Source of the DNA: an uncultured delta proteobacterium
Lineage (GTDB): Bacteria; Desulfobacterota; Syntrophia; Syntrophales; UBA5619
Length of the DNA: 64,000 bases
NCBI GenBank assembly: GCA_963817385.1
Contig: CAWFOM010000001.1
Span: forward strand, 324,881 to 388,880
Reading direction: 5' to 3'
Shown: one piece after another, positions 19,992 through 31,000 of the stretch
Layout: each line of letters begins with the position of its first letter
How positions within the stretch are numbered: the first letter of the stretch is position 1
Notes under the pieces: generated by a model
What the model was told of the DNA's origin: nothing
Database searches by the model: none
What the model saw: only the letters and a program-made list of their open reading frames with translations
Program-made: the position numbers and the translations under genes

Positions 19992-20978
19992 ATGAGAACA
20001 GCTTTGTTCAGTCACCGGGTGGTCAGAATGGCGGTATCGGCGCTCTTCACCGTTCTGTTTTTTGCCGTACAGGTGCAGGCCGCCGAATTCACGCCGAGCA
20101 AACCCATTACGATGGTCGCGCCCGCCGCCCCGGGCGGAGGCAGCGATGTCCTCTCCAGAACCATCGCCCAGATCGTCGGCAATGAGAAGCTTTCTCCGCA
20201 GCCGATGATCGTCCAGAACATCCCCGGCGGCGGTCAGGCCATCGCCCTCACGCAGGTGGCCCAGCAGAAGGGGAACACCCATATGCTCGTGGTCGCCAAC
20301 CCCGCTTCGGTGGCCGGCCTGCTGGTGGCAGGGAAGGGCGCACCCAGCATCAAGGACCTGACGATGATCGCTCAGCTTGCCCTCGATGAACAGCTCATCG
20401 TCGTGAAGAGCGACTCACGCTTCAAGACCATTCAGGACGTCATCGCCGAATCGAAGAAGAAGGAAAACTCCATCTCGATCTCCGGTTCGGACCAGGCAGA
20501 CCGTGTCTGCAGCCGCATGTTCGAGAAGTTAGCCGGAATCAAGATGCGCTACACCCCCTTCAACAGCGGTGGGGAGCAGATGACGGCCCTGCTGGGGGGG
20601 CATGTGGACCTGCAGTGGGCCAATCCCCCCGAATTCATCGGCCAGTATGAGGCCAAGGGGGTCCGGCCGCTCGTCCTTGCCCAGGAAAACCGCATCAGCC
20701 AGTTCAAGGACGTTCCCACCTTCAAGGAGATCGGCGTCAACCTCGTCTTCAAGTTCTTCCGCGGCGTCATTGCGCCCCCGGGGATTTCCCCCGAAGTGGT
20801 TGCCTATTACGAGAACATGATGAAAAAAATGATCGAGACGAAGGCATGGAAGGAGAACTATCTGGCCAAGAACATGCTGAGCCCCGCCTGGCAGACCAGC
20901 AAGGAGTTCACCAAGACCATCAGCGACAGCGAGGTTGTCTTTGCCGAAACGCTAAAGGAGCTCGGGCTGATCAAATAG
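19992..20978 (+). CDS. tctC: TTT substrate-binding protein TctC
   Basis: PAAPGGGSD, NIPGGG, ALLGGHVD, DVPTFKE, FRGVIAPPG. Confidence 0.93.
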   Translation: MRTALFSHRVVRMAVSALFTVLFFAVQVQAAEFTPSKPITMVAPAAPGGGSDVLSRTIAQIVGNEKLSPQPMIVQNIPGGGQAIALTQVAQQKGNTHMLVVANPASVAGLLVAGKGAPSIKDLTMIAQLALDEQLIVVKSDSRFKTIQDVIAESKKKENSISISGSDQADRVCSRMFEKLAGIKMRYTPFNSGGEQMTALLGGHVDLQWANPPEFIGQYEAKGVRPLVLAQENRISQFKDVPTFKEIGVNLVFKFFRGVIAPPGISPEVVAYYENMMKKMIETKAWKENYLAKNMLSPAWQTSKEFTKTISDSEVVFAETLKELGLIK

Positions 20979-21167
20979 CGCCGGCATGATGGCAAAACGC
21001 GGCCCAATCGTGTCCGGGGACAGCGCAGGGGCGTAGTTTTTACCCCGGTGCTTTCCCCGGACATCCCCTGATGCCGGACCGTTGCATCGGCCAAACGCTT
21101 GTCCGTCCCCTCTCTTTGCGGTCCCCTGTCGGCGATCAGGGAATGAGGGTGTTCTGGAGGAATCAAG

Positions 21168-21617
21168 ATGTGGTACGCGAACATCATCGCGAGTGTGGCT
21201 GTGTTCTTACTGGGAATCACTACAACCATCCTGGCCTGGCGGGATCTGCCCTACACAGCCGACTTCAGCCCGGGGCCGGGTTTCCTGCCCCTCTGGCTGG
21301 GTATCGGCCTGACGATCTTCTCTCTCCCCGTCATTATTGCCGACCTTAGAAACAGGGACAGATCGGGGAAATTGTTCCGACCGGAAACGGTGAAGTGCGT
21401 CAAGGTGCTCGCCCTGATCGTGGCCGTGTTTCTCCTTCTGCCGGTCTTCGGCTTTTCGGCCGGCCTTGCTCTCATCACGGCGGGCGGCATGCGTCTCATG
21501 GGAAAACACCGTTGGGGCTCCTGCATGGTGATTGTGATCGTGACGGCCGTCTGTATCCATTACCTCTTCGGCCAGTGGCTCAATATCCCCCTGCCGGAAG
21601 GGTTGATCGGGTGGTAG
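21168..21617 (+). CDS. tctB: TTT small subunit TctB
   Basis: PGPGFLP motif, four TM segments, LF..WLNIPLP.G; lies between tctC and tctA. Confidence 0.88.
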   Translation: MWYANIIASVAVFLLGITTTILAWRDLPYTADFSPGPGFLPLWLGIGLTIFSLPVIIADLRNRDRSGKLFRPETVKCVKVLALIVAVFLLLPVFGFSAGLALITAGGMRLMGKHRWGSCMVIVIVTAVCIHYLFGQWLNIPLPEGLIGW

Positions 21618-21641
21618 AAGAGGGCGAAGGGAGAACGGCCA

Positions 21642-23168
21642 ATGGATTTGCTCCATAATATTTATACCGGGTTCACCATCGCGCTCACCGGGCAGAATCT
21701 CCTCTGCTGTACCGTGGGGGTGCTCTTTGGTCAGCTGATCGGCGTTCTGCCGGGGATCGGCGCGCCGACGGCGATCGCGCTGCTCCTTCCCCTGACCTTC
21801 TCCTTCAACCCGACCTCGGCCATCATCATGTTCGCCGGGATCTACTACGGCGTGGCCTACGGCGGGACGATCACCTCGATCCTCATCAATGTCCCGGGGG
21901 AGTCCTCCTCGGTGATGACCTGCATTGACGGGTATCAGATGGCCCAGAAGGGACGAGCGGGGGCAGCGCTCTCGATCGCGGCCATCGGTTCGTTTATCGC
22001 CGGGACCATCTCCATCGTCCTTCTCATGTCCTTTGCCCCGGCGCTGGCCAGACTTGCGCTCCGTTTCGGTCCGGCGGAATACTTTGGACTGGCGATCATG
22101 GCCTTCGGCCTGCTGACGGTCTTCGGCAGCGGTTCGCCTTTCAAAATCATCCTCTCCACCATCGCCGGTGTTTTAATTTCGACGGTCGGCATGGACGGCG
22201 TGAGCGGCATGCCCCGTTTCACCTTCGGTATCCCTCCGCTCCTTGGCGGCATCGAATTCGTCGTTGTCATTTGCGGGATATTCGGTCTGGCCGAAATCTT
22301 CAACAGCATCGAGGAGCCGGAGGGCGGGGTCCTGGTCAAGGATACGTTCAAACTCAGTGACGTCTTTCTGACGTGGCAGGAGTGGGTCGACGGCCGCTGG
22401 GCGATCGTCCGCGGCGGCGTCATCGGCTTTCTGATCGGCCTCATCCCGGCCGGCGGCATTACAACCGCATCGTTTCTCGCCTACATGGCCGAAAAGAAGG
22501 CGTCGAAACATCCCGAGACCTTCGGCAAAGGCGACATCGCCGGCGTCGCCGCGCCGGAATCGGCCAACAACGCCGCCTCGATCAGCGGGTTCGCCCCGCT
22601 TCTCGCTCTCGGCGTGCCGGGCTCCGCAACGACGGCCGTCATGCTCGCCGGTTTCATGATGTGGGGCATCCGCCCGGGTCCGCTTCTCTTTACCAGCAAC
22701 CCCGACCTGGTCTGGGGTCTCATCGCGAGCATGTATATCGGCAACGTGATTCTGCTCATGATGAACATCTTCCTCATCCCCCTTTTCGTGGCGATGCTCC
22801 GGATCCCCTATTCGATCATGATGGGGTTCATCATCATCTTCGCCTCAATCGGGGCCTACAGTGTGAACAACAGTATGTTTGACGTCTGGATGATGGTGGG
22901 CTTCGGCCTCCTCGGCTATGCGATGAAGAAACTGAATTATCCGATTGTGCCGCTCATCCTGGCAATGGTCTTGGGGAGGCTGGTCGAGAACTCCCTCCGC
23001 CAGGCGCTGATACTGTCCGCCGGAAGTTTTGATATCTTCTACACCCGGCCGATCACGGCCCTCTTTCTCCTGATCGCGCTTCTCGCCTACTGTACCCCGC
23101 TGATCCGGATGGCCTTGAAGAAGGCCGGCTACGGCAACAAGATAGATATCAACCAGGAATCTCTCTAG
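21642..23168 (+). CDS. tctA: TTT large permease TctA
   Basis: GVLPGIG, YYGVAYGG, DGYQMA, ESANNA, LGVPGS. Confidence 0.95.
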   Translation: MDLLHNIYTGFTIALTGQNLLCCTVGVLFGQLIGVLPGIGAPTAIALLLPLTFSFNPTSAIIMFAGIYYGVAYGGTITSILINVPGESSSVMTCIDGYQMAQKGRAGAALSIAAIGSFIAGTISIVLLMSFAPALARLALRFGPAEYFGLAIMAFGLLTVFGSGSPFKIILSTIAGVLISTVGMDGVSGMPRFTFGIPPLLGGIEFVVVICGIFGLAEIFNSIEEPEGGVLVKDTFKLSDVFLTWQEWVDGRWAIVRGGVIGFLIGLIPAGGITTASFLAYMAEKKASKHPETFGKGDIAGVAAPESANNAASISGFAPLLALGVPGSATTAVMLAGFMMWGIRPGPLLFTSNPDLVWGLIASMYIGNVILLMMNIFLIPLFVAMLRIPYSIMMGFIIIFASIGAYSVNNSMFDVWMMVGFGLLGYAMKKLNYPIVPLILAMVLGRLVENSLRQALILSAGSFDIFYTRPITALFLLIALLAYCTPLIRMALKKAGYGNKIDINQESL

Positions 23169-23271
23169 TTCCACTGAAATTGCTGAGGTGGCCTCTCCTT
23201 CGACGTGTGCCCCTTAAATAGCCAAGGGCAAATATGCACATGAATACCGCAATTCGCTGGCCAATATTCCC

Positions 23272-23301
23272 TTGACATACAAATCCACTGCTGCTTATAC
23301 T
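23272..23301 (+). promoter_or_regulatory. sigma70-type promoter
   Basis: TTGACA-N18-TATACT followed by GC-rich CCGCCCG. Confidence 0.55.
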
Positions 23302-23632
23302 CCGCCCGTTAAAAAACAATACCTTATCAACTATAGCCTGGATATCGAACGACGGTAAATATTCTATGGTGACATGTTCAGATCTCTCGTCGCTGCCGTC
23401 ATCGAGACCACGCTTTCCGAGCTGCTCGATTTCAAGAACTTTGTCCACATAGCTTCCGGCTGGGCTTTCCGGTTGCCGTTGATGACAAGGTTTGGGACAG
23501 GATCTATTGTTATGATCCTCGAGAGGCTGCGTCGAAAAACAGTACGAAATATCATCTGAAGGGTCCGGCACGTGACGGATACGCGTTGCTGCTTTCGCAG
23601 TAACTGCCGTCAAGAGGATTGCGCTTGAACCA

Positions 23633-25630
23633 ATGATCATCTCAGATCGAAATAACGTTTACCGGTCGGACAACGGACTTCTTTCCAAGATCGTCAAGGA
23701 CGCCGGCGATCTGAGCCAGCGGGGAGAAACGAACAAAGCCGTCGAGAAACTTGTCAGTGGCCTTGCTATCGAGCCCGGCAATATAGACATTTACCACTTT
23801 ATGACGGAGATCCTGCTCGACGCCAAATGCTTCAACGAGGCGCTGGAGACGATCGGCAAGGTTGCCGCTGTACATAAAGATCATATCAGAACACTGATCC
23901 TTTCAGCCTATTGCTGGGAAGGCCTGGAAAGATATTCAGAAGCAAATGAGGCGGCTGAAGAAGCTCTGCGGAAAGAGCCTGATAATGCATTGGCATTAAA
24001 TTTAAAGGGTATCCTGGCATATAAAAAAGGGGATCGGGTATTCGCTGAAAGCTGTTTTAAGAAAGCCATTGAAGCTGACGAGAGCTACGGCGAGCCCTAC
24101 ACCAATCTCGGGACATTGCGGTGGACTGCTGAGCAGCGCGAAGAAGGTCTGGAACTTCTTGAACGCGGGTTTGTCCTTTCCCCGCTTGCCACGGATATTG
24201 CTGCGGCCTATCACGCCGCGATAAATGCTACCGGGCTGTTTTCAAGAGCTGAAAAGGTATTCCAGGAAGCCCACATGGTCTATCCTAACAGCAAACGGAT
24301 CGCCTTTTTGCTTATTGACATGCTGTTGCGACTGGAAAGATATAACGCTGCAATGAGCGAGGTGGAACGGGCGATGATCCTTTTCGGCATCGACGACGGC
24401 ATCCTGTCCGCGGCTCTCGATATTCGCAGGAGGATCAACCCCCTGGAAGCAGACAAGAAAACTTCCGGGGTCGGCAATCTGTCTTTATGCATGATCGTTA
24501 AAAACGAGGCGCAGCATCTGGCAAAGTGCCTAATGAGCGTGAAGCCGGTTGTTGATGAGATGATCGTGGTCGACACCGGCTCATGCGACAGGACACGGGA
24601 TATCGCCACCGCATTCGGGGCAAAGGTGTTTGAGTTCCCCTGGACAAATGACTTCTCCGCTGCGCGCAATGCCTCCCTCGCCAGGGCTTCCGGGGACTGG
24701 ATCCTCGTGCTTGACGCGGATGAGGTCATATCCCCCCGGGACCACGCGGAACTGACGCGCCTTATTGCCGCGGCCGGTCCGCCGGTATCACATTCATTCG
24801 TGACCAGAAACTATATTCCCCAAATCCACAAGATCGGCTGGACAGCCAATGACGGGACCTACCTTGAGGAAGCCGGCGCAGGATGGTTTGGGAGTTCCAA
24901 GGTGCGGTTGTTCCCGCGGGACGGACGCATACAGTTCATGAATCCGGTGCATGAACTGGTAGAACCATCTCTCGACAAGGCCGGCATCCGCATCAGGGAA
25001 TGCAGCATCCCCATCCATCATTACGGGAAGCTGGATCAGGAGAAGGTCAATGCTAAGTGGGAGGAATATTATCTGCTTGGCAGAAAGAAGCTTGGGGCGG
25101 CCGGGGAAAATGCTGATGCTCTCAGGGAGCTGGCCATACAGGCCGGCGAGCTGAAACGCTTTGACGAGGCCATCGAGCTCTGGCAACGGGTCATCAGTCT
25201 GCGGCCTCGACTGACGATCGCGTATCTCAATCTGGCATCTGTGTATCTGCAAAAGAACGAATTCTGTCCTGCCCTCGCTGCAGCGAAGAAGGCACGGGAG
25301 ATCAGCCCCGGATCAAATGAAGCCATAAGCAATTATGCTCTCTGCGAGATATATTCAGGCAGCCTCGACCATGCTATGACGGCCCTCAAGGGCCTGCTAA
25401 AAAAGGACCCGGCATATCCTCCGGCAAACATCATGCTGGCGATCGCGTATTTCTGTTCCGGCAATATGAAGGACGGACAGGCTGTGTTCAACAATCTGGG
25501 CATCTCAGGTGCTGCGCTTACAGAGTGCATCCTGCCTTTTGCAGATAAACTGATTCACGCAGGTCGAAAGGGACATGCGGATATTCTGATTGATGCGGCG
25601 AACGAAGCCGACATGGGGCATCCGCAATAA
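23633..25630 (+). CDS. TPR-containing family 2 glycosyltransferase
   Basis: LSLCMIVKNEA, VVDTGS.D, DFSAARN, WILVLDADE, PVHE, IHHYG; TPR repeats on both sides. Confidence 0.9.
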   Translation: MIISDRNNVYRSDNGLLSKIVKDAGDLSQRGETNKAVEKLVSGLAIEPGNIDIYHFMTEILLDAKCFNEALETIGKVAAVHKDHIRTLILSAYCWEGLERYSEANEAAEEALRKEPDNALALNLKGILAYKKGDRVFAESCFKKAIEADESYGEPYTNLGTLRWTAEQREEGLELLERGFVLSPLATDIAAAYHAAINATGLFSRAEKVFQEAHMVYPNSKRIAFLLIDMLLRLERYNAAMSEVERAMILFGIDDGILSAALDIRRRINPLEADKKTSGVGNLSLCMIVKNEAQHLAKCLMSVKPVVDEMIVVDTGSCDRTRDIATAFGAKVFEFPWTNDFSAARNASLARASGDWILVLDADEVISPRDHAELTRLIAAAGPPVSHSFVTRNYIPQIHKIGWTANDGTYLEEAGAGWFGSSKVRLFPRDGRIQFMNPVHELVEPSLDKAGIRIRECSIPIHHYGKLDQEKVNAKWEEYYLLGRKKLGAAGENADALRELAIQAGELKRFDEAIELWQRVISLRPRLTIAYLNLASVYLQKNEFCPALAAAKKAREISPGSNEAISNYALCEIYSGSLDHAMTALKGLLKKDPAYPPANIMLAIAYFCSGNMKDGQAVFNNLGISGAALTECILPFADKLIHAGRKGHADILIDAANEADMGHPQ

Positions 25631-25709
25631 ACACACAGGACAACAATACCGGCAGAAACGAGGCACCTTTCTGCATTGCAGGCATGCACCGTTCCGGAAC
25701 CTCCATGGC

Positions 25710-25763
25710 GGATCGCAACTTGGTGTTCTGTTCGCTCTTTACCGGGTCGAAGTCGATTTTCAT
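25710..25763 (-). pseudogene. BrnT-family toxin N-terminal remnant
   Basis: MKIDFDPVKSEQN resembles the BrnT start pattern, then similarity ends; no antitoxin seen. Confidence 0.5.
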
Positions 25764-26019
25764 GATTTATCGTAAGTACAATTAGGCAAATCGCCAAGGA
25801 GAAATACGCGATGACTTCATCCTCTGCATCCTCGAACCTCATAGAAACGACAAGGCTTTCACGAAAAATTGGGCCAGGCTGATTCAGAAGATATACGAAG
25901 CTGACACTATCTTCGGCGACCCCGAATACTCTTGGAATGCGCATATTCAAGCATAACGCCTCATCAAAAAAAACGCGCAGGAGATGTCTGTCAGAATTAC
26001 GCTCAAAAAACCAAAAAAT

Positions 26020-27438
26020 TCAGAACGTCCGCCCTTCGAAACAGAACTTTCCGAATGTCTTCGGGGGCGTCAGGGGATAATCGCCGGCATAGCAGGCGAG
26101 GCAGAAGTTTTCCCGGGGGATGCCCGTGGCCTCGACCATCCCCTCGATGGAGAGGTAGTGGAGGCTGTCCAGGCCGATAAAGGAGGCGATGTCCGCCTCG
26201 TCTTCCTTTTCGGCGGCGATGAGCTCCCCCTTCACTGAAAAATCGATCCCGTAGGGGCAGGGGTGGCGCGTCGGCGGGCAGCTCACGACCATGTGGAGTT
26301 CCTTCGCGCCGGTCTCCCTGAGGCGGCGGACGCGGTTCCGACTGGTTGTCCCCCGGATGATGGAATCCTCGACGATCAAGATTCTTTTGTTTTCAATAAG
26401 CGGCTGCACGGGATTGAGCTTGACCCGGACGCCGAAATCCCGCATCGCCTGGCTCGGCTGGATGAAGGTCCGCCCCACATAGTGGTTCCGGATCATCCCC
26501 ATCTCGAAGGGGAGTCCGCTCTCCTCGGCGTAGCCGAGGGCCGCATAATTTCCCGAATCCGGGAACGGCATGACGAGATCCACGTCGGGCAGGCATTCCC
26601 TGGCCAGGCTGTGGCCGAGCCTTTTCCTGCAGAGGTAGACGTTCTGCCCGAAGATCTGGCTGTCGGGCCGGGCGAAGTAGATAAGCTCAAAGATGCAGTA
26701 GGAGGGCTTTGCCTTCGGGAAGGGCGTCAGGCTGTGCAGCCCCGCCTCGTCGATGATGATGATCTCGCCCGGCTGGACGTCCCGGATGTATTTCGCCCCC
26801 ACGAGGTCGAAGGCGCAGCTCTCCGAGGCGATGACCCAGCCGCCGTTGAACTGACCGAGGGAGAGCGGCCGGAATCCCCGCGGATCGCGGACGGCGATGA
26901 CGCGGTTCCGGGTCAGCATGACGATGCTGTAGGCGCCCTGCACCTGGGTGAGGGCCTTCGTCAGCGCCTCCTGCAGCCCCTCTTTGAGATGGGGGGCCAT
27001 CAGGTGGACGATCACCTCGCTGTCCATCGTGGACTGGAAGATCGACCCCCGCTGTTCGAGCTCCGCCCGCAGTTCGAGGGCGTTGATCAGGTTTCCGTTG
27101 TGGGCGAGCGCGTAGTATTCGTCGGCATGGTGGACCAGGAAGGGCTGGGCGTTGGAGAGGATCGACGAGCCGGTCGTGGAATAGCGGACATGGCCTATCG
27201 CCAGGCGCCCGGGAAGCTTCGAGAGGATATCCTCGTGGAACACCTCCGAGGCGAGCCCCATCCCCTTGTGCTCCCATACCTGGCAGCCGTCGGCCGAGGC
27301 GATCCCCGCGCTCTCCTGCCCGCGGTGCTGAAGGGCGAACAGGCCGAAGAAGGCCACCCGCGCAGCCTCCTCGTGGCCGTACACCGCAAAGACGCCGCAC
27401 TCCTCGCGCGGCTTGCCTTCGTGCAGATCTTCTTCCAT
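26020..27438 (-). CDS. purF: Amidophosphoribosyltransferase
   Basis: EECGVF propeptide/Cys, LQHRGQESAG, GHVRYSTTG, YFARPDS, EDSIIRGTT. Confidence 0.97.
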   Translation of the reverse strand: MEEDLHEGKPREECGVFAVYGHEEAARVAFFGLFALQHRGQESAGIASADGCQVWEHKGMGLASEVFHEDILSKLPGRLAIGHVRYSTTGSSILSNAQPFLVHHADEYYALAHNGNLINALELRAELEQRGSIFQSTMDSEVIVHLMAPHLKEGLQEALTKALTQVQGAYSIVMLTRNRVIAVRDPRGFRPLSLGQFNGGWVIASESCAFDLVGAKYIRDVQPGEIIIIDEAGLHSLTPFPKAKPSYCIFELIYFARPDSQIFGQNVYLCRKRLGHSLARECLPDVDLVMPFPDSGNYAALGYAEESGLPFEMGMIRNHYVGRTFIQPSQAMRDFGVRVKLNPVQPLIENKRILIVEDSIIRGTTSRNRVRRLRETGAKELHMVVSCPPTRHPCPYGIDFSVKGELIAAEKEDEADIASFIGLDSLHYLSIEGMVEATGIPRENFCLACYAGDYPLTPPKTFGKFCFEGRTF

Positions 27439-27483
27439 GACTCATTCCCCCCTTACACCGGTACTTCTCACTATGAAACCCGT

Positions 27484-27519
27484 CCTCACCCCGACCCTCT
27501 CCTGCGATGGGAGAAGGGT
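27484..27519. repeat. REP-like palindrome between carB and purF
   Basis: CCTCACCCCGACCCTCTCC...GGGAGAAGGGT, a common bacterial intergenic REP-like hairpin pattern. Confidence 0.5.
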
Positions 27520-30500
27520 TTAAATCTTGCCATGGTACGCCTGGAGCGGCGTCACGTCCCACGGTTCCTTCCGGAGGGCATCGATCGCTTCCGCAAGCGC
27601 CCGGGCCCCGGATATCGTCGTCGTGTACAGGACGTTGTAGACGAGCGCCCCCCGGCGGATGTGGTAGGCGTCGCTCCGGGAGGCCCGCCTCCCCAGGCTC
27701 ACGTTGATGACGAGCTGGATGTCGCCGTTCTTGATGCGATCGACCACGTTGGGTCTCCCCTCGCTCACCTTGAGGATCGTCTCCGCTTCGATGCCGTGTC
27801 CCCGGAGACTCTCCGCCGTTCCCCGCGTGGCGGAGATCTTAAACCCCATCCGGGCAAAGGCCTCGGCGACGGGGACGATCCGGTCCTTGTACGCGTCGTG
27901 GACGCTGAGAAAAACCCGCCCCGCAAGCGGCATCTTGAACCCGGCGGCCATCTGCGATTTGGCAAAGGCCAGGCCGAACGAATGGTCGATCCCCATCACC
28001 TCGCCCGTGGACTTCATCTCGGGCCCCAGGAGGATATCGACGTTGGGGAAACGGTTGAACGGGAAGACCGCCTCCTTGACCGAGATGTGCTTCGGCCGGA
28101 TCGGTTTTGTGAAGCCCAGCTCCTGGAGGGTTTTCCCCAGCATCACCTTCGTGGCGAGCTTTGCCAGCGGTACGCCGATCGCCTTGCTGACGAAAGGAAT
28201 GGTACGTGAGGCGCGGGGGTTGACCTCCAGGACGTAGAGATTGCCGTCCTTGATCGCGTACTGGATGTTCATGAGTCCGACGACGTGCAGCTCTTTGGCG
28301 ATGAGCTTCGTCTGGCGCTCGATCGTCTCAAGGAGTTCCGGTCCGAAGGTGATCGCTGGCAGTGCGCAGGCGCTGTCCCCGGAGTGGATCCCCGCCTCCT
28401 CGATGTGCTCCATGATCCCGGCGACGACGGTCGTCGTTCCGTCGCTGATCGCATCGACGTCTACTTCGATTGCGTCCTCGAGAAATTTGTCGATCAGGAT
28501 GGGGTGTCCCGGGGAGACATCGAGTGCCCGGACCATAAATTGCCGGAGGCTTTCCGTATCGTAGATGATCTCCATAGACCGGCCGCCAAGGACGTAGGAA
28601 GGGCGGACCAGGACGGGATAGCCGATCCGTTCGGCCGCCCGGACGGCCTCTTCGGTATCCATTGCCGTGTCGTTGTCGGGTTGCCGGAGGTGGAGGCGGT
28701 TGACGATCTCCTGGAAACGCTTCCGGTCCTCGGCGCGGTCGATCGCGTCGGGGGAGGTGCCCAGGATCGGCGCCCCCGCCGCCTCCAGCCCGCGGGCGAG
28801 ATTCAGGGGAGTCTGGCCGCCGAACTGGACGATCACCCCCATCGGCTTTTCCGCCCTCAGGATGTGGAGGACGTCCTCCAGGGTGACCGGTTCGAAGAAG
28901 AGCTTGTCGGAGGTATCGTAGTCGGTGCTCACCGTCTCGGGGTTCGAGTTCACCATGATGCTCTCGTACCCCTCCTCCTTCAGGGCGAAGGAGGCGTGGA
29001 CGCAGCAGTAGTCGAACTCGATCCCCTGGCCGATCCGGTTGGGGCCGCCACCGATGATGACCACCCTCGGTTTTGTCGAGGGGCGGGTTTCATCCTCCGT
29101 CTCGTAGGTGGAGTAGTAGTAGGGGGTGTAGGCCTCGAACTCCGCCGCGCAGGTGTCGACGAGCTTGTAGACGGGGATGATCCCGGCCGCGTAGCGGCGG
29201 CGGCGGATCTCCTCTTCCGGGAGGCGCCAGAGACCGCCGAGGTAACGGTCGGAGAAACCCAGGCGCTTCGCCTCATACAGCAGCTCCGTCGAGGGCGCCG
29301 CCTTTTTGAGCTCCTCCTCCGCCTCGACAAGCGTCCGGATCTGGTGGAGAAACCAGGGATCGATCCGGGTAAGGCGCTGGATCTCCTCCAGGGTCATTCC
29401 CTCCCGGAAGGCCGCGGCGATATAGAACAGGCGGAGTGAATTCGGTGTCACGAGCTTCTGGCTGAGGAATGCCCGGGGGTCGCTGACGTTCTCCGGGAGG
29501 TCGGCCATCAGGCCGAAGCGTTTGATCTCCAGCGAACGGACCGCCTTCTGGAGGGCCTCCCGGAAGGTCCGGCCGATCGCCATCGTCTCGCCCACGGACT
29601 TCATCGAGGTGGTCAGGAAGTCCTCCGTCTCGGGGAACTTCTCAAAGGTCCAGCGGGGGATCTTGACGACGCAGTAGTCGATCGTCGGTTCGAAGGAAGC
29701 CATCGTCTCGCGGGTGATGTCGTTGGGGATCTCGTCGAGCGTATAGCCCACGGCCAGTTTCGCGGCGATCTTGGCGATGGGAAATCCCGTGGCTTTGGAG
29801 GCCAGCGCCGAAGAGCGCGATACCCGGGGGTTCATCTCGATGACGATCATCTCGCCGGTCTCCGGATGGATCGCGAACTGGACGTTGGAGCCGCCCGTCT
29901 CGACGCCGATCTCCCGCATGATGGCGATGGCCGCGTCGCGCATCCGCTGGTATTCGACATCCGTGAGCGTCTGGACCGGGGCGACGGTGATCGACTCGCC
30001 GGTGTGGACCCCCATGGGATCGACGTTTTCAATGGAGCAGATGATGACAACGTTGTCCGCCTTATCGCGCATCACCTCGAGCTCGTACTCCTTCCAGCCG
30101 AGGGCCGACTGTTCCAGCATGATCTCGTGGATCATGCTCGCATCGAGGCCCCCCTTGGCGATCTCGGCGAGCTCCTCCCGGTTGTAGGCGACGCCGCTTC
30201 CCGTTCCCCCCAGGGTGAACGAGGGGCGGATGATGATCGGAAAGCCGATCTCGGCGGCCACGGTGAACGCCTCGTCCATCGACCGGGCGAAACCGCTCCG
30301 GGGGACCTTCAGACCGATCTTCTCCATTGCGGCCCGGAAGAGCTGGCGATCCTCCGCCTTGTGGATGACGGGGAGCGACGCCCCGATCATCTCGACGCCG
30401 TACTTTGCCAGGACGCCGGCCTCAGCCACGGCAACCGCCGTGTTGAGTCCCGTCTGGCCGCCGAGGGTAGGCAAGAGGGCGTCGGGGCGCTCCTTGGCGA

Positions 30501-30732
30501 TGATCTTCTCCACCGCCTCCGGGGTGATCGGCTCCACGTAGGTCCGATCCGCCGTCTCAGGGTCGGTCATGATCGTCGCCGGATTGGAGTTGACGAGGAC
30601 GACCTCGTACCCCTCCTCCTTGAGCGCCTTGCAGGCCTGTGTTCCGGAATAGTCGAACTCGCAGGCCTGGCTGATGATGATCGGCCCGGAGCCGATGATC
30701 AGGATCTTCTTGATGTCCGTCCGTTTTGGCAT
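27520..30732 (-). CDS. carB: Carbamoyl-phosphate synthase large subunit
   Basis: [43 protein letters not shown], duplicated ATP-grasp, MGS tail; 1070 aa. Confidence 0.98.
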   Translation of the reverse strand: MPKRTDIKKILIIGSGPIIISQACEFDYSGTQACKALKEEGYEVVLVNSNPATIMTDPETADRTYVEPITPEAVEKIIAKERPDALLPTLGGQTGLNTAVAVAEAGVLAKYGVEMIGASLPVIHKAEDRQLFRAAMEKIGLKVPRSGFARSMDEAFTVAAEIGFPIIIRPSFTLGGTGSGVAYNREELAEIAKGGLDASMIHEIMLEQSALGWKEYELEVMRDKADNVVIICSIENVDPMGVHTGESITVAPVQTLTDVEYQRMRDAAIAIMREIGVETGGSNVQFAIHPETGEMIVIEMNPRVSRSSALASKATGFPIAKIAAKLAVGYTLDEIPNDITRETMASFEPTIDYCVVKIPRWTFEKFPETEDFLTTSMKSVGETMAIGRTFREALQKAVRSLEIKRFGLMADLPENVSDPRAFLSQKLVTPNSLRLFYIAAAFREGMTLEEIQRLTRIDPWFLHQIRTLVEAEEELKKAAPSTELLYEAKRLGFSDRYLGGLWRLPEEEIRRRRYAAGIIPVYKLVDTCAAEFEAYTPYYYSTYETEDETRPSTKPRVVIIGGGPNRIGQGIEFDYCCVHASFALKEEGYESIMVNSNPETVSTDYDTSDKLFFEPVTLEDVLHILRAEKPMGVIVQFGGQTPLNLARGLEAAGAPILGTSPDAIDRAEDRKRFQEIVNRLHLRQPDNDTAMDTEEAVRAAERIGYPVLVRPSYVLGGRSMEIIYDTESLRQFMVRALDVSPGHPILIDKFLEDAIEVDVDAISDGTTTVVAGIMEHIEEAGIHSGDSACALPAITFGPELLETIERQTKLIAKELHVVGLMNIQYAIKDGNLYVLEVNPRASRTIPFVSKAIGVPLAKLATKVMLGKTLQELGFTKPIRPKHISVKEAVFPFNRFPNVDILLGPEMKSTGEVMGIDHSFGLAFAKSQMAAGFKMPLAGRVFLSVHDAYKDRIVPVAEAFARMGFKISATRGTAESLRGHGIEAETILKVSEGRPNVVDRIKNGDIQLVINVSLGRRASRSDAYHIRRGALVYNVLYTTTISGARALAEAIDALRKEPWDVTPLQAYHGKI

Positions 30733-30809
30733 GCTTCTTCCGTTTTTCCTATCTGCTTAGTAGTCGTGTGAATCCGGGAAACCGTACCGTTGTTCTTCTC
30801 GCCATCCCA

Positions 30810-30940
30810 TGAATCCGGAAAGGTCTTCGCCGTGGCGCTGGACATTTTCCGACCGTGCAAATCCTCGCTCCGCTGCGGTCTGCACGGTAACCCCGGAAAA
30901 TCTCCAATGCGCCCCTCCCGAAGACGCTGTTCCGGATTCA
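30810..30940. repeat. Long imperfect inverted repeat (MITE-like)
   Basis: TGAATCCGGAA..GTCTTCG..TTTTCCG.ACCGTGCA pairs with TGCACGGT..CGGAAAA..CGAAGAC..TTCCGGATTCA. Confidence 0.65.
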
Positions 30941-31000
30941 AGCCGCCCGATTTTCTTCTTCCTTCGCTTTGCCTTCCACCGCTCAAGGGTCTGTGATGGG

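Noticed and set aside
23149..23640. 163-aa minus-strand ORF
   Set aside because: No motifs; overlaps both neighbours and a good plus-strand promoter
26263..28209. Long antisense ORFs (648 aa here; also 31181-32803, 35497-37530, 38166-39611, 56235-57929)
   Set aside because: Shadows of GC-rich genes on the opposite strand, with no recognisable motifs
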